DNA from: an uncultured virus (IMG/VR IMGVR_UViG_3300016469_000321)
Taxonomy: Duplodnaviria > Heunggongvirae > Uroviricota > Caudoviricetes
DNA: 64,000 bases
Reading direction: 5' to 3' (one strand)
Virus record (IMG/VR): IMGVR_UViG_3300016469_000321
Position numbers and translations under genes: made by a program. Shown in pieces: positions 29,687 through 37,624 of the stretch. A model generated the notes under the pieces. That model did no database searches. It had not been told where the DNA came from and saw only the letters and a list, made by a program, of their open reading frames with translations. How positions within the stretch are numbered: the first letter of the stretch is position 1; the number at the start of each line of letters is the position of its first letter.

Positions 29687-30571
29687 ATGTTTGAAGCCGA
29701 GAACGAGAAGGAAACCGAAGCCCCCGAAGTCGTCACCGCGGAGGAGAGCATCGAGGAGATGCCCGAACCCGTCGAGGACGCCCCGTCGGTCTTCGACTGG
29801 AACGGGGAACTGGACGCGCTGACCAAGGCTGACTGGTTCAGCAAGATCGGCGACGATGGCCTCCGCAACACGCTCGTCCGCGGCTTCGAGTCGAAGTACA
29901 AGAACTTCGAGCGCGGCTTCACGAAGGCGTTCCAGGACACCGCGGCTCGCCGCAAGGAACTGGAACGCCGTGAAGCGGCCATCCGCGAGAACGAACTGCG
30001 CGTGCAGCGGTGGCTCTCCGGCAACGCCGACCCGATGGCGGAGAAGCAGGTCGAGATCGACAAGCTCAAGGCCGCTCACGACGCGGCCATTCAGACGCTG
30101 CGCGACGAGTACGCGCAGTCCGTGCAGAAGGCGCAGGAAGAGTGGACCGGCAAGTACGGCACCGCCGAGCGCGAGCGCGATGAGCTGCGCCAGCGGTTAG
30201 AGCAGTTTGAGTACGAGGCCAGGGCCGCCGAAGAGCGTCAAGTCGAAGAGGCGGTCGACGAGGTCGAGGGCTGGCTGAAGAGCGAGGCGTCCGACGTCTA
30301 CGAGAACGACGAGGCGTTCTACGCCTTCTGCGTGCTCGTGACGGGCGGCCTCGACCCGGAGGACGCCGTCGTCATGACGCGCGCCAAGTTCGGCCCGCCG
30401 CCGGCCCCGACGCCGGAACCCGTGCCTGAGGCCATGAACCTGATGAACCTCGGCCCGCAGCGTGGCGCGGGCACGGTGCAGTCGGAGAGCCGGTCCTACA
30501 AGGACATCATGGACGCGATGCGCCGTGCGGCGCAGACCGACGAGTCCGCGTTCTACTCTCCGAAGCGTTGA
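29687..30571 (+). CDS. Capsid scaffolding protein-like
   Basis: Acidic N-terminus, long coiled coil and short C-terminal helix; AGGAGA RBS. Confidence 0.65.
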   Translation: MFEAENEKETEAPEVVTAEESIEEMPEPVEDAPSVFDWNGELDALTKADWFSKIGDDGLRNTLVRGFESKYKNFERGFTKAFQDTAARRKELERREAAIRENELRVQRWLSGNADPMAEKQVEIDKLKAAHDAAIQTLRDEYAQSVQKAQEEWTGKYGTAERERDELRQRLEQFEYEARAAEERQVEEAVDEVEGWLKSEASDVYENDEAFYAFCVLVTGGLDPEDAVVMTRAKFGPPPAPTPEPVPEAMNLMNLGPQRGAGTVQSESRSYKDIMDAMRRAAQTDESAFYSPKR

Positions 30572-30595
30572 CAGGCCGGCCGGGTCGGATAGGGT
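30568..30595 (+). promoter_or_regulatory. Sigma70-type promoter
   Basis: TTGACA-N16-TAGGGT. Confidence 0.5.
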
Positions 30596-30684
30596 GACTG
30601 TGCGGGCTTCAGCCCGTGGTCATTCTCCTGATCTGTCCTGAAGGCAGCCGCCGGGCGGGCAACCTCCCGGCGGTTTCTTCTTTT
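30596..30684 (+). ncRNA. Candidate small RNA with anti-SD segment
   Basis: Lies between a promoter and an intrinsic terminator; 5' hairpin GCGGGC-TTCA-GCCCGT and linker TTCTCCTGA; no + strand ORF. Confidence 0.4.
30647..30684 (+). terminator. Intrinsic terminator
   Basis: GCCGCCGGG..CCCGGCGGT followed by TTCTTCTTTT at the convergence of two operons. Confidence 0.8.
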
Positions 30685-30883
30685 AGAACGGCGGAAAGCG
30701 CGACCGCAGGGAGACCCAAAGTTGAACGCCGCGTTCCTCGCAGTACTCGCAGAAGGCGAGGTCGCGACGATGCAGCGCCATGAGACGCCACCACACGGGC
30801 TCGTAGGGAACGACGACGCGCGCCTGGCGCGGCCCGGTCTCCAACCAGACGAGGAGCTCCTCGGTCGGATCGTCGGGGCTCAG
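30683..30883 (-). CDS. Hypothetical protein (66 aa), possible CTG start
   Basis: GC3-biased codons; CTGA overlap with the upstream stop. Confidence 0.45.
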   Translation of the reverse strand: MSPDDPTEELLVWLETGPRQARVVVPYEPVWWRLMALHRRDLAFCEYCEERGVQLWVSLRSRFPPF

Positions 30884-31062
30884 TGCTTCCCGACCTTGAC
30901 CTTGACCTTCACGACCGGCTTCGGCAGGAGGCCGGAGATGTCGGGGAGCTTCTTGCCGGCGGGGTTGATGCCCTCCTGAAGCATCGCCTCCTCGGCCGCC
31001 GTGTTCTTCATCTGCTGGAGGCGGGCGTAGTAGTCGACCTTGGCGGGATCCTGGCGCATCAC
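30880..31062 (-). CDS. Small hypothetical protein
   Basis: GTGA-coupled to the transglycosylase gene; GC3-rich. Confidence 0.55.
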   Translation of the reverse strand: MMRQDPAKVDYYARLQQMKNTAAEEAMLQEGINPAGKKLPDISGLLPKPVVKVKVKVGKH

Positions 31063-31679
31063 TTTGTCCCCTTTCGGTTCGGATCTTGGATTGCTGTCCG
31101 CGCGATGTCGAACATCGCGACGTAGTTTTTGGTTTCGAGCGGCAGGTCATTGACCGCCTGCGCGTAGTCCCGCACGACCTTGTCGCCGGCGTTGTACGCG
31201 GCGGCGATGAAGAGCGGATCCTTCGTGCCGAGTCGTTCCGACAGCTCAGCGACCACGTCGACTGCGGCGCGGATGGAGTCCCGCGGATCGTCCACGTTGG
31301 CGTTCCAGCGCTTCGCCGTCTCCGGCGTGAGCTGCATGAGGCCCGCTGCACCGGCGCCCGACTTCTTGGAGTAGTCGCCAGGCGTCATGTTGCCATGCTG
31401 CTCTACGGCCGCGAGCGCGTGGATGATGTCCGGGTCCACGCCCTTGGCCTTCGCGAGCTCCTCGATCATCCCGCGAACCGGATCTCCGTGCATCCAGGTC
31501 GCGCGGACGGCCTCGCCCATGCGCTGCTGGGCCGTGTCTCTCGGATTGTTCGGGTTCACGTAGGATCGGTACGCCGGCAGGTTCTCGTACAGCCGCTTCG
31601 TGGCGCCCTCGACGGCCTTGGATCGCTCGGCGATCAGGCGCGCGTAGTCGACGGGCTGCGCCGGCTGCGGCTCGGCCAT
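31059..31679 (-). CDS. Lytic transglycosylase (SLT domain)
   Basis: Catalytic Glu in AVEQ, GAAGLMQL, AAYNAG and ETKNYV motifs. Confidence 0.9.
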   Translation of the reverse strand: MAEPQPAQPVDYARLIAERSKAVEGATKRLYENLPAYRSYVNPNNPRDTAQQRMGEAVRATWMHGDPVRGMIEELAKAKGVDPDIIHALAAVEQHGNMTPGDYSKKSGAGAAGLMQLTPETAKRWNANVDDPRDSIRAAVDVVAELSERLGTKDPLFIAAAYNAGDKVVRDYAQAVNDLPLETKNYVAMFDIARTAIQDPNRKGTK

Positions 31680-31680
31680 G

Positions 31681-32088
31681 TCAGTACTTCATGGGCTTGG
31701 GCTTGAGGAACGCCGGCGGCCCCTTCTTGGGCGGCCCGGCCATGACCTTGGCGGGCTCCGGCATCTCCTCTTCCTCGGTGGGCTCGTCGCCGATCACTTC
31801 CATGATCGTCTTGGCCTGCATCGCGTGCTTCGAGGAGGACTGGTCGAGCTGCTCGGCGATCTCGCGGAGCTTCGCCGCGGCGGACTTGAAGTCCATCTTG
31901 GACATGTCGGGCACGAGGCTCGCCTTCTCCGGCGTCGGCTCGTCGCCCTCGTCCTCTTCCTCCTCGGCCATCTCGAACATCATCGGCCCCATCGCCATGC
32001 CGGCGTGCTCGGCCATCGGGTCGAAGAACCCTCCGTGACCGGCTGCCTTCTTCTTGGCGAGGATGAGGATGGAAGCGGGACCGGGCAT
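31681..32088 (-). CDS. Acidic hypothetical protein (135 aa)
   Basis: GAGGT before ATG 32088; GC3-rich. Confidence 0.6.
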   Translation of the reverse strand: MPGPASILILAKKKAAGHGGFFDPMAEHAGMAMGPMMFEMAEEEEDEGDEPTPEKASLVPDMSKMDFKSAAAKLREIAEQLDQSSSKHAMQAKTIMEVIGDEPTEEEEMPEPAKVMAGPPKKGPPAFLKPKPMKY

Positions 32089-32111
32089 AGACAAACCTCG
32101 ACTTGAGGCGT

Positions 32112-32121
32112 ATGCTACCAT
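32112..32121. promoter_or_regulatory. Bidirectional extended -10 element
   Basis: ATGCTACCAT reads TGnTAnnnT on both strands in a divergent gap. Confidence 0.5.
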
Positions 32122-32172
32122 CGCCATGAAGTGTACGCAATAGCGCGGCACTCGGAGTTCTGGAGGTAGGTC

Positions 32173-32676
32173 ATGGCTGCATATGGTTGGATCGTTCGCA
32201 AGTTCATCCGCTACGGCGAGGTCATCCCCGAGCACTTCACCGGGCAGTCGGTGCAGGCGCTCGTCGTCGGCACCAACTCGACGCTCGACACGGCGAACGC
32301 CTCGGCGGACGTCAGCGTCGTGCTGTCGATCCCCGACAACGCGGGCGTGGCGTCGACCGTTCACACGATCACGCTGCCCTACAAGGTGCGCGTGCTCCCC
32401 GGCTCGTACATCGTGCCGACCGCCACCACCGCTGCCAACGTCACGGTGACCATCGGCAAGTCGGCCCCCATCGCGGGCGCCAGCGCCATCCAGGCGACGG
32501 CCGCTGCGGTGAACACGCTGAACACCCCGCGTCTCCCGGCCGACCACATCGTCGCCAACGAGACGATCAACCCGAAGGCCACGGACGTGGAGAGCCTGAC
32601 CATCACGGTCCTCAAGGCCACTCCGGCGAACGTCGCCCCGTTCCGGGTCTACCTCCAGCTCGCCAAGGCGGACTGA
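32173..32676 (+). CDS. Beta-rich, probably structural protein
   Basis: GGAGGT RBS; very strong codon bias; T/V/A-rich. Confidence 0.65.
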   Translation: MAAYGWIVRKFIRYGEVIPEHFTGQSVQALVVGTNSTLDTANASADVSVVLSIPDNAGVASTVHTITLPYKVRVLPGSYIVPTATTAANVTVTIGKSAPIAGASAIQATAAAVNTLNTPRLPADHIVANETINPKATDVESLTITVLKATPANVAPFRVYLQLAKAD

Positions 32677-32729
32677 GGTCTTCGGGAGGGCCATCCGATC
32701 AACTGATTAGTTGGCCCTCCCGCTCTGCG

Positions 32730-33839
32730 CTACTGATTGGCCCAGTTGATGGGGACGATGTGTCCTGGTCCCCACGGTGTGTCCTGCACGGCGACGGTCT
32801 TTCCGTTCTTGTCGGTGCCGGGGAACACGTCGAGGTCTTGGAACTGCACCTCCGGGCTCCAGTAGAAGTAGATCACGCTGTCTCCGGCCTTCCCCCAGTA
32901 CCGGAACCAGTTGTTCTGCGTGTAGTAGTCGTGGATGACGGCCTGCGCGACGGGGATCTTGTCGCTCGGACCGCACTTCGTCCACCCTTCGGGGGTCGCA
33001 TGGACGCCAGAAGGCGGTTCTGCGGCCGAAACGGGCGTGTTTTCGGGGTCCGAGGGCGCATTTTCGGCCTTCTGAGCCTCTTTTCCGCCGTTATGGGCGC
33101 GCTCCAGGGCGTCGAGGCCGCGAATCAGGGCCATTCGGGCCACCGTTTCGGCCGAAACTTCGACACCGAGTTCCTTGACATGCGCCAGCCCCTTGATAGT
33201 GGGGATCATTGCCCGAAGTCTGTCTTGGATTTCGGCTTCAAGTTGAAGAATGAGCGTGCCGCGCCCGTTTCCGACGGCAACGGAGCCGCCGTTCGCGCGG
33301 AACTCGGCGCCTCGACGCTTGATCTCCTCGTCCGGGTCAACGAACGCGCGTCGGTTGTCGGCGGGTAGGGCGGCGGGCGAGTCCCACTGGTGGTTCCGCG
33401 CCGGCGTCCAGTCCTTCCAGACCTCCCGCTCGCGCATCCAGGTCGCCTGTTGAAGCGCCTGATCGGCGTAGTCGGGTTCCTGCGCCAGGCTCTCGAGGCC
33501 GCCGCGCATCGCCGTGTCTCCGACGAGCTGGTTCCACCGGCCAGGCACCACGTTGCTCGGCGTGACGTCGTCGCGTCGGTAGTCCTCGGCCCGTTCGACC
33601 GGCTCCTCGCGGCGCGCCGGTCGGCGGATGACCTCCGGGCCGCCCCGCGGCTCGGCCTTCGTGGCGCCCGCGGCCCACTCCCTCAATTGGAGCATACCTG
33701 TACTGCCGACGCCCCGGAGAGGCACGTCGGCGTCCGGTCCGTTCATCCATGTGATCACGTCGGCGTCGGTCTGAAACCCGGCCTTGTACAAGGCGTTGCG
33801 AAGGCGCAGCGGCAGCGGCAGGTCTTCAATCTTCGTCAT
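32730..33839 (-). CDS. Protein with N-terminal RNA polymerase alpha-CTD-like domain
   Basis: GGAGG RBS; 'IEDLPLPLRLRNALYKAGF..LRGVGSTGMLQLREW' follows the alpha-CTD helix-hairpin-helix pattern. Confidence 0.7.
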   Translation of the reverse strand: MTKIEDLPLPLRLRNALYKAGFQTDADVITWMNGPDADVPLRGVGSTGMLQLREWAAGATKAEPRGGPEVIRRPARREEPVERAEDYRRDDVTPSNVVPGRWNQLVGDTAMRGGLESLAQEPDYADQALQQATWMREREVWKDWTPARNHQWDSPAALPADNRRAFVDPDEEIKRRGAEFRANGGSVAVGNGRGTLILQLEAEIQDRLRAMIPTIKGLAHVKELGVEVSAETVARMALIRGLDALERAHNGGKEAQKAENAPSDPENTPVSAAEPPSGVHATPEGWTKCGPSDKIPVAQAVIHDYYTQNNWFRYWGKAGDSVIYFYWSPEVQFQDLDVFPGTDKNGKTVAVQDTPWGPGHIVPINWANQ

Positions 33840-34121
33840 GGAACCTCCGGCGCATCCATAACACGGTGGTATGGTGTTTCGCAAGAAACTCTGCGATATT
33901 TTTGGCGGATCGGCTTGGGTCCCCGTACCGAAGCGGTATGGGTGTCGAGGAAAAGTTCGCGGTAGGAGAAAGGGCTTCCGTTTGGGATCCCTGTCGTGCC
34001 TCAATCGGGTATGGCAGGTTCGTTGCGTTGCATCATCGATGCTTCGTGGCGTCGTCGTCACGTCGTGGCGTGGCGGCGCGGCGGCGCGCCGGCCGGTGGG
34101 GGCGGACCGCGCGCTGTGGGG

Positions 34122-34368
34122 GCCGACCGTCCGACCGACCGACCGACGGCCGCGCGTTGTGGGCGAACGCATCGGCCGCTTGCGACGCGGTAGGCTGACG
34201 GGAGAGGAGGGGGACGGGCTCCGTGCTCCGTTGGGCGGACAGCTGCCCGTCGGACGGCTGCGCCCGCGGGACCGTCGGTCGCGCTTGTGCGTCGCGCTCG
34301 AGCGCGGAGATGCGTCGACCGTCAGCGTGCGACGCGCGGGCCCGTCGCGCTCGAGCGCGGGCCCGTCG
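34122..34368. repeat. CCGA tandem run and 14-17 bp direct repeats/palindromes in non-coding DNA
   Basis: (CCGA)n at about 34123-34147; GTCGCGCTCGAGCGCGG at 34291 and 34344; GCGCGGGCCCGTCG at 34334 and 34355. Confidence 0.7.
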
Positions 34369-34565
34369 GCGCGCCTACGTTAGCGGACCGACCGAATAGG
34401 CGCGCGCTGGTAGCATCGACGCTAAGGGGTCTAGGAGCGCGTAGGATCGACGAGCGGCTACGGGGTAGGGGTTCCATAGGGGTCTAGGCCCCGCGTCGCT
34501 TGTATAGCCGCCTGGAGGCCTTAGACGCGATCCGCAGAATTATGCGACCCCGTGACGAATTCCGC

Positions 34566-34594
34566 TTGACCACGTCATACCGGGACGGTAAGAT
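34566..34594 (+). promoter_or_regulatory. Early sigma70 promoter with overlapping operator
   Basis: TTGACC-N17-TAAGAT; TACCG-GGA-CGGTA at 34578-34590. Confidence 0.75.
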
Positions 34595-34644
34595 GCTTTC
34601 ACGATCAACGAATGATCGTCACCACGAACCACGGAGTACCTGCT

Positions 34645-35469
34645 ATGTCCCGTCCCCGTCCCGTTCCCGCCCGTTGGCGCGCCGCATGGCGCAACGTCGC
34701 CCGATCCCTGATCGGCAAGCTGCCGCGCACGTCTGTACTGTGGGCTGGCCCGTCCGCGCTGGACGGCTCGCCCGTTATGGTCGTGGCGTCGTGCGTGTCC
34801 GAGCCTTCGGAGAACGGTAAGACGGGCGATATGGTACAGCTTGCGATCATGCGCGCGGATATGGCGCCTGTCGACGCATGGGCGCGCGGCGCGGACGGCG
34901 CCGTATGCCCGGACGCGTGCGCGCACCGTAGCAAGGCGCGCGGAGGATCGGGTACGTGCTACGTGAACAAGGCGCGCCTTACGGATACGTGGCACGCGGC
35001 GCGGCGTGCCGTCGACGCAGGCTGCGTCGGCTACGTGCCGGGCATGTTCAAGGGCGCACGCGTGCGATTCGGAATGGAAGGCGACCCGTCCGCGGTCCCG
35101 CTGGACGTGTGGGCGCCTATCCTCGCCGATAGCGGCGCGGCGCACACCGGCTACACCGCGGCATGGCGCACGCTCCCGCGCGAATGGTCGCGTTACTTCA
35201 TGGCGAGCTGTGGCACGCCGGCGGACGCGCTCCGCGCCCGTTCGGCCGGCTGGCGCGTCTTTGCCGCGAGCGCGAGCGCGACCGACGACAGCGCCTACGT
35301 AGCCGCCGGCCTTACGCTGTGCGAAGCTGAGCGCCCGTCCCCGTCCGCGTGCGTTGATTGCCTACAGTGCAACGGCGCGCGCCCGAATGACGCCCGGCCC
35401 GGCCGATACCTGCCTATGCATGGCGCTATCGGCTCTTCGGTCCGAAAGCGCAACGACCGCGCCGTTTAG
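34645..35469 (+). CDS. Cys-rich early protein (GP88/DUF7227-like)
   Basis: GGAG RBS; 'GPSALDG..NGKTGDMVQ..CPDAC..CYV..RFGMEGDP..GYT..CVDCLQC..HG'. Confidence 0.65.
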   Translation: MSRPRPVPARWRAAWRNVARSLIGKLPRTSVLWAGPSALDGSPVMVVASCVSEPSENGKTGDMVQLAIMRADMAPVDAWARGADGAVCPDACAHRSKARGGSGTCYVNKARLTDTWHAARRAVDAGCVGYVPGMFKGARVRFGMEGDPSAVPLDVWAPILADSGAAHTGYTAAWRTLPREWSRYFMASCGTPADALRARSAGWRVFAASASATDDSAYVAAGLTLCEAERPSPSACVDCLQCNGARPNDARPGRYLPMHGAIGSSVRKRNDRAV

Positions 35470-35901
35470 CCCTTGCGGATCGTGAGCCTGGCGGTCCGGC
35501 CGTTATCGCGCGTCACCGCTTGCGATAGTGTTAGGAATCCGGGAATAGTGCAGGTTCAACCTACGCTATTCCTTATTGCAACTCAGTTGCGATATGACTC
35601 GTGATTCGGCCAGTCCCGAACGGCGGCGCGGGCTTACCCGGAACGTCACTCTACCGGACCGTTACCACCTTAGAACATGGATACTAACGTGTGCGTAATT
35701 GACATTCCTGATTCTAATATATGCATCCTATAGGGGGTCTATGCTCGGCCGCGTTTGGCCCCGTTTACGGTCTAACCCCGCGTTATCGCTGGACACTGGC
35801 GCAAGCGCGGGCGGCAACGCACCTACCGTACCGGTAGGCCCGACGATATAGCAGGGACAACGCCACGATACGACGAGCCCCGAAAGATTAGCCAGTCCGG
35901 C

Positions 35902-35929
35902 TTGACAGATCATACCACCACGATAAGGT
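35902..35929 (+). promoter_or_regulatory. Early sigma70 promoter
   Basis: TTGACA-N16-TAAGGT with degenerate operator TACCA-CCA-CGATA. Confidence 0.65.
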
Positions 35930-35978
35930 ACAAACACCGGCGCCGATCAAGGGCCGGCTCACCACGGAGACTGCACAG

Positions 35979-36209
35979 ATGCTCAGCACTATCGTTCGCA
36001 CCCGCTACGCCGGCCCGACGAATACCCGCGGATCCCGGATCATCGTCTCGTGGGAGGGGAAGCGTCGCGTGATCCCGTTCGACTACGCGGCCACCTACCC
36101 GCACGTATCGGCCGTCTCGGAGGCGCTCGGCATGGACGCGGACACCTGGCCGCGCGGCGTCGACCGCAAGACCCGCGGCTATGTCTTCCTCGCCCCCGTG
36201 CTTCTCTAA
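35979..36209 (+). CDS. Small conserved early protein
   Basis: GGAG RBS; 'TRYAGPTNTRGSRI' motif recurrent in phage early genes. Confidence 0.7.
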   Translation: MLSTIVRTRYAGPTNTRGSRIIVSWEGKRRVIPFDYAATYPHVSAVSEALGMDADTWPRGVDRKTRGYVFLAPVLL

Positions 36210-36305
36210 CCGGCAGCCCGGCAGCCGCGGACGTCGCGCCGCCGGCCCGGACACCCGGACCGGCCGCGGGGCGCCCGCCCCGAACCCACACACGGAGTAC
36301 CTATC

Positions 36306-36392
36306 ATGATCCGCGACCTTCCGGTGATCCTCCTCCTGGCGGCCTTCGGGACCGCCGCCGGCTACGCCTACCTCATGTGGGGGCTCGCATGA
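36306..36392 (+). CDS. 28-aa hydrophobic peptide (MIRDLPVILLLAAFGTAAGYAYLMWGLA)
   Basis: Translated by hand; GGAG RBS; ATGA-coupled to the next gene. Confidence 0.55.
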   Translation: MIRDLPVILLLAAFGTAAGYAYLMWGLA

Positions 36393-36646
36393 TCCCCGCC
36401 GTTGACCCGGCGGCCCGGCACGAAGACGCAGCCAGCCGCGCTCGTGACGAGCAGGACCGCGCCCGGTCCGAAGGCCGCTTCGGCTCCGTGCTGGCCGCGG
36501 TCGACCGCGAGCGGCGGCACCTCGAGCTGGCCGCCGCGTTCCTCGACGAGGCGGCCGACGTCGCTACGGCTATCGGCGACCGATCCGGCGCACGATCCTA
36601 CCGCGCCCGCGCGACCAGCCTCCGCAGCTGGGCGCACGTCCTCTGA
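36389..36646 (+). CDS. Small helical early protein
   Basis: ATGA overlap; GC3-rich. Confidence 0.55.
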   Translation: MIPAVDPAARHEDAASRARDEQDRARSEGRFGSVLAAVDRERRHLELAAAFLDEAADVATAIGDRSGARSYRARATSLRSWAHVL

Positions 36647-36677
36647 CCTCGAACCTCGAACCTCAGGAGTATCAGCC

Positions 36678-36980
36678 ATGAACCCGTACCTCACTCCCGC
36701 ATCCGAACCCCGCGCCCGCTCAATCGCCCACGAAGACGCCGCCCTGCGCGCGGCGTGGTTCGCCGACTGGGCCACCGAATGCGGCAACCTCGACGAAGCC
36801 GTGGCCGCGCACCGTCGCAGCGCACAAGCGTACCTGCGCGCCGCCGAGCTACGCGCCGAAGCGGCAAGCCTGCGCGGCGGGCAGGAGCTCGACGAACGGT
36901 GCGTGGGCTGGCACCGCGCCGCCGCCGAACGCGCGAACGCCGAAGCGGACCGGCTGCTGTACGGCGCGGTGTCCGTATGA
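36678..36980 (+). CDS. Small helical early protein
   Basis: AGGAG RBS before ATG 36678. Confidence 0.6.
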   Translation: MNPYLTPASEPRARSIAHEDAALRAAWFADWATECGNLDEAVAAHRRSAQAYLRAAELRAEAASLRGGQELDERCVGWHRAAAERANAEADRLLYGAVSV

Positions 36981-37177
36981 CCGGGCGCCACGACGAGCCG
37001 GCCGCGGCTGAGCCGCTGCGCGACGACTTGTGCGCCTGGTACGGGACGCCGCCCTGGACCCGTCCGGTCCAGCCGGTCGACCGTCCGGCCACCGACGCGG
37101 ACACGAGCGCCGGCGATCCGGCAGACGGCGAGGACTACGGCCCGGATGCCGGCCCGGACAATCTTCTATCTTTCTGA
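36977..37177 (+). CDS. Small acidic early protein
   Basis: ATGA overlap with upstream gene. Confidence 0.45.
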   Translation: MTGRHDEPAAAEPLRDDLCAWYGTPPWTRPVQPVDRPATDADTSAGDPADGEDYGPDAGPDNLLSF

Positions 37178-37187
37178 CGCACGCCCA

Positions 37188-37216
37188 TTGACTATACCTT
37201 ACCGCCGCACTATGAT
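37188..37216 (+). promoter_or_regulatory. Early sigma70 promoter
   Basis: TTGACT-N17-TATGAT; spacer ATACCTTACCGC shared with the promoter at 39104. Confidence 0.75.
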
Positions 37217-37240
37217 CTATCCACACAACGGAGGCCCACT

Positions 37241-37570
37241 ATGAGCAACTACGTCGACTACGCTGGATGCACCCCGCCCTGGCTCGCAGGGCCGGGGCGC
37301 CCTGACCACCTGATCGAGGCGGACATTCTGCCTGTCCTGCTCGAGGCAGGTATCGAAGCATGGCTCGACCAGGACGGCGACCTACATGTCGAGGCGGCCG
37401 ACGGCACGCGGCTCGAGATCGCCTGCTACCGGGACGACGAGCAAAGCATTCGGCGCCGTAGCGGCGCGTTCGTCGGCGGCGTGGCCTCGTGCAAGCCGGC
37501 CGCCTTTATGGCCGCCCTCGTGGCGCTCTGCAAGGCCGAAGGGATCGACCTGCTCGGCTCTGACGACTAA
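37241..37570 (+). CDS. Early hypothetical protein
   Basis: GGAGG RBS, directly after a promoter. Confidence 0.7.
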   Translation: MSNYVDYAGCTPPWLAGPGRPDHLIEADILPVLLEAGIEAWLDQDGDLHVEAADGTRLEIACYRDDEQSIRRRSGAFVGGVASCKPAAFMAALVALCKAEGIDLLGSDD

Positions 37571-37624
37571 CTACGCAGCCCCGGCCACACGGCCAGCCTA
37601 CACGACAACCTGGAGACTGTCCAC

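Noticed and set aside
34122..34368. Repeats as a mini-CRISPR array
   Set aside because: Only two copies of each, short, overlapping, and without regular unique spacers.
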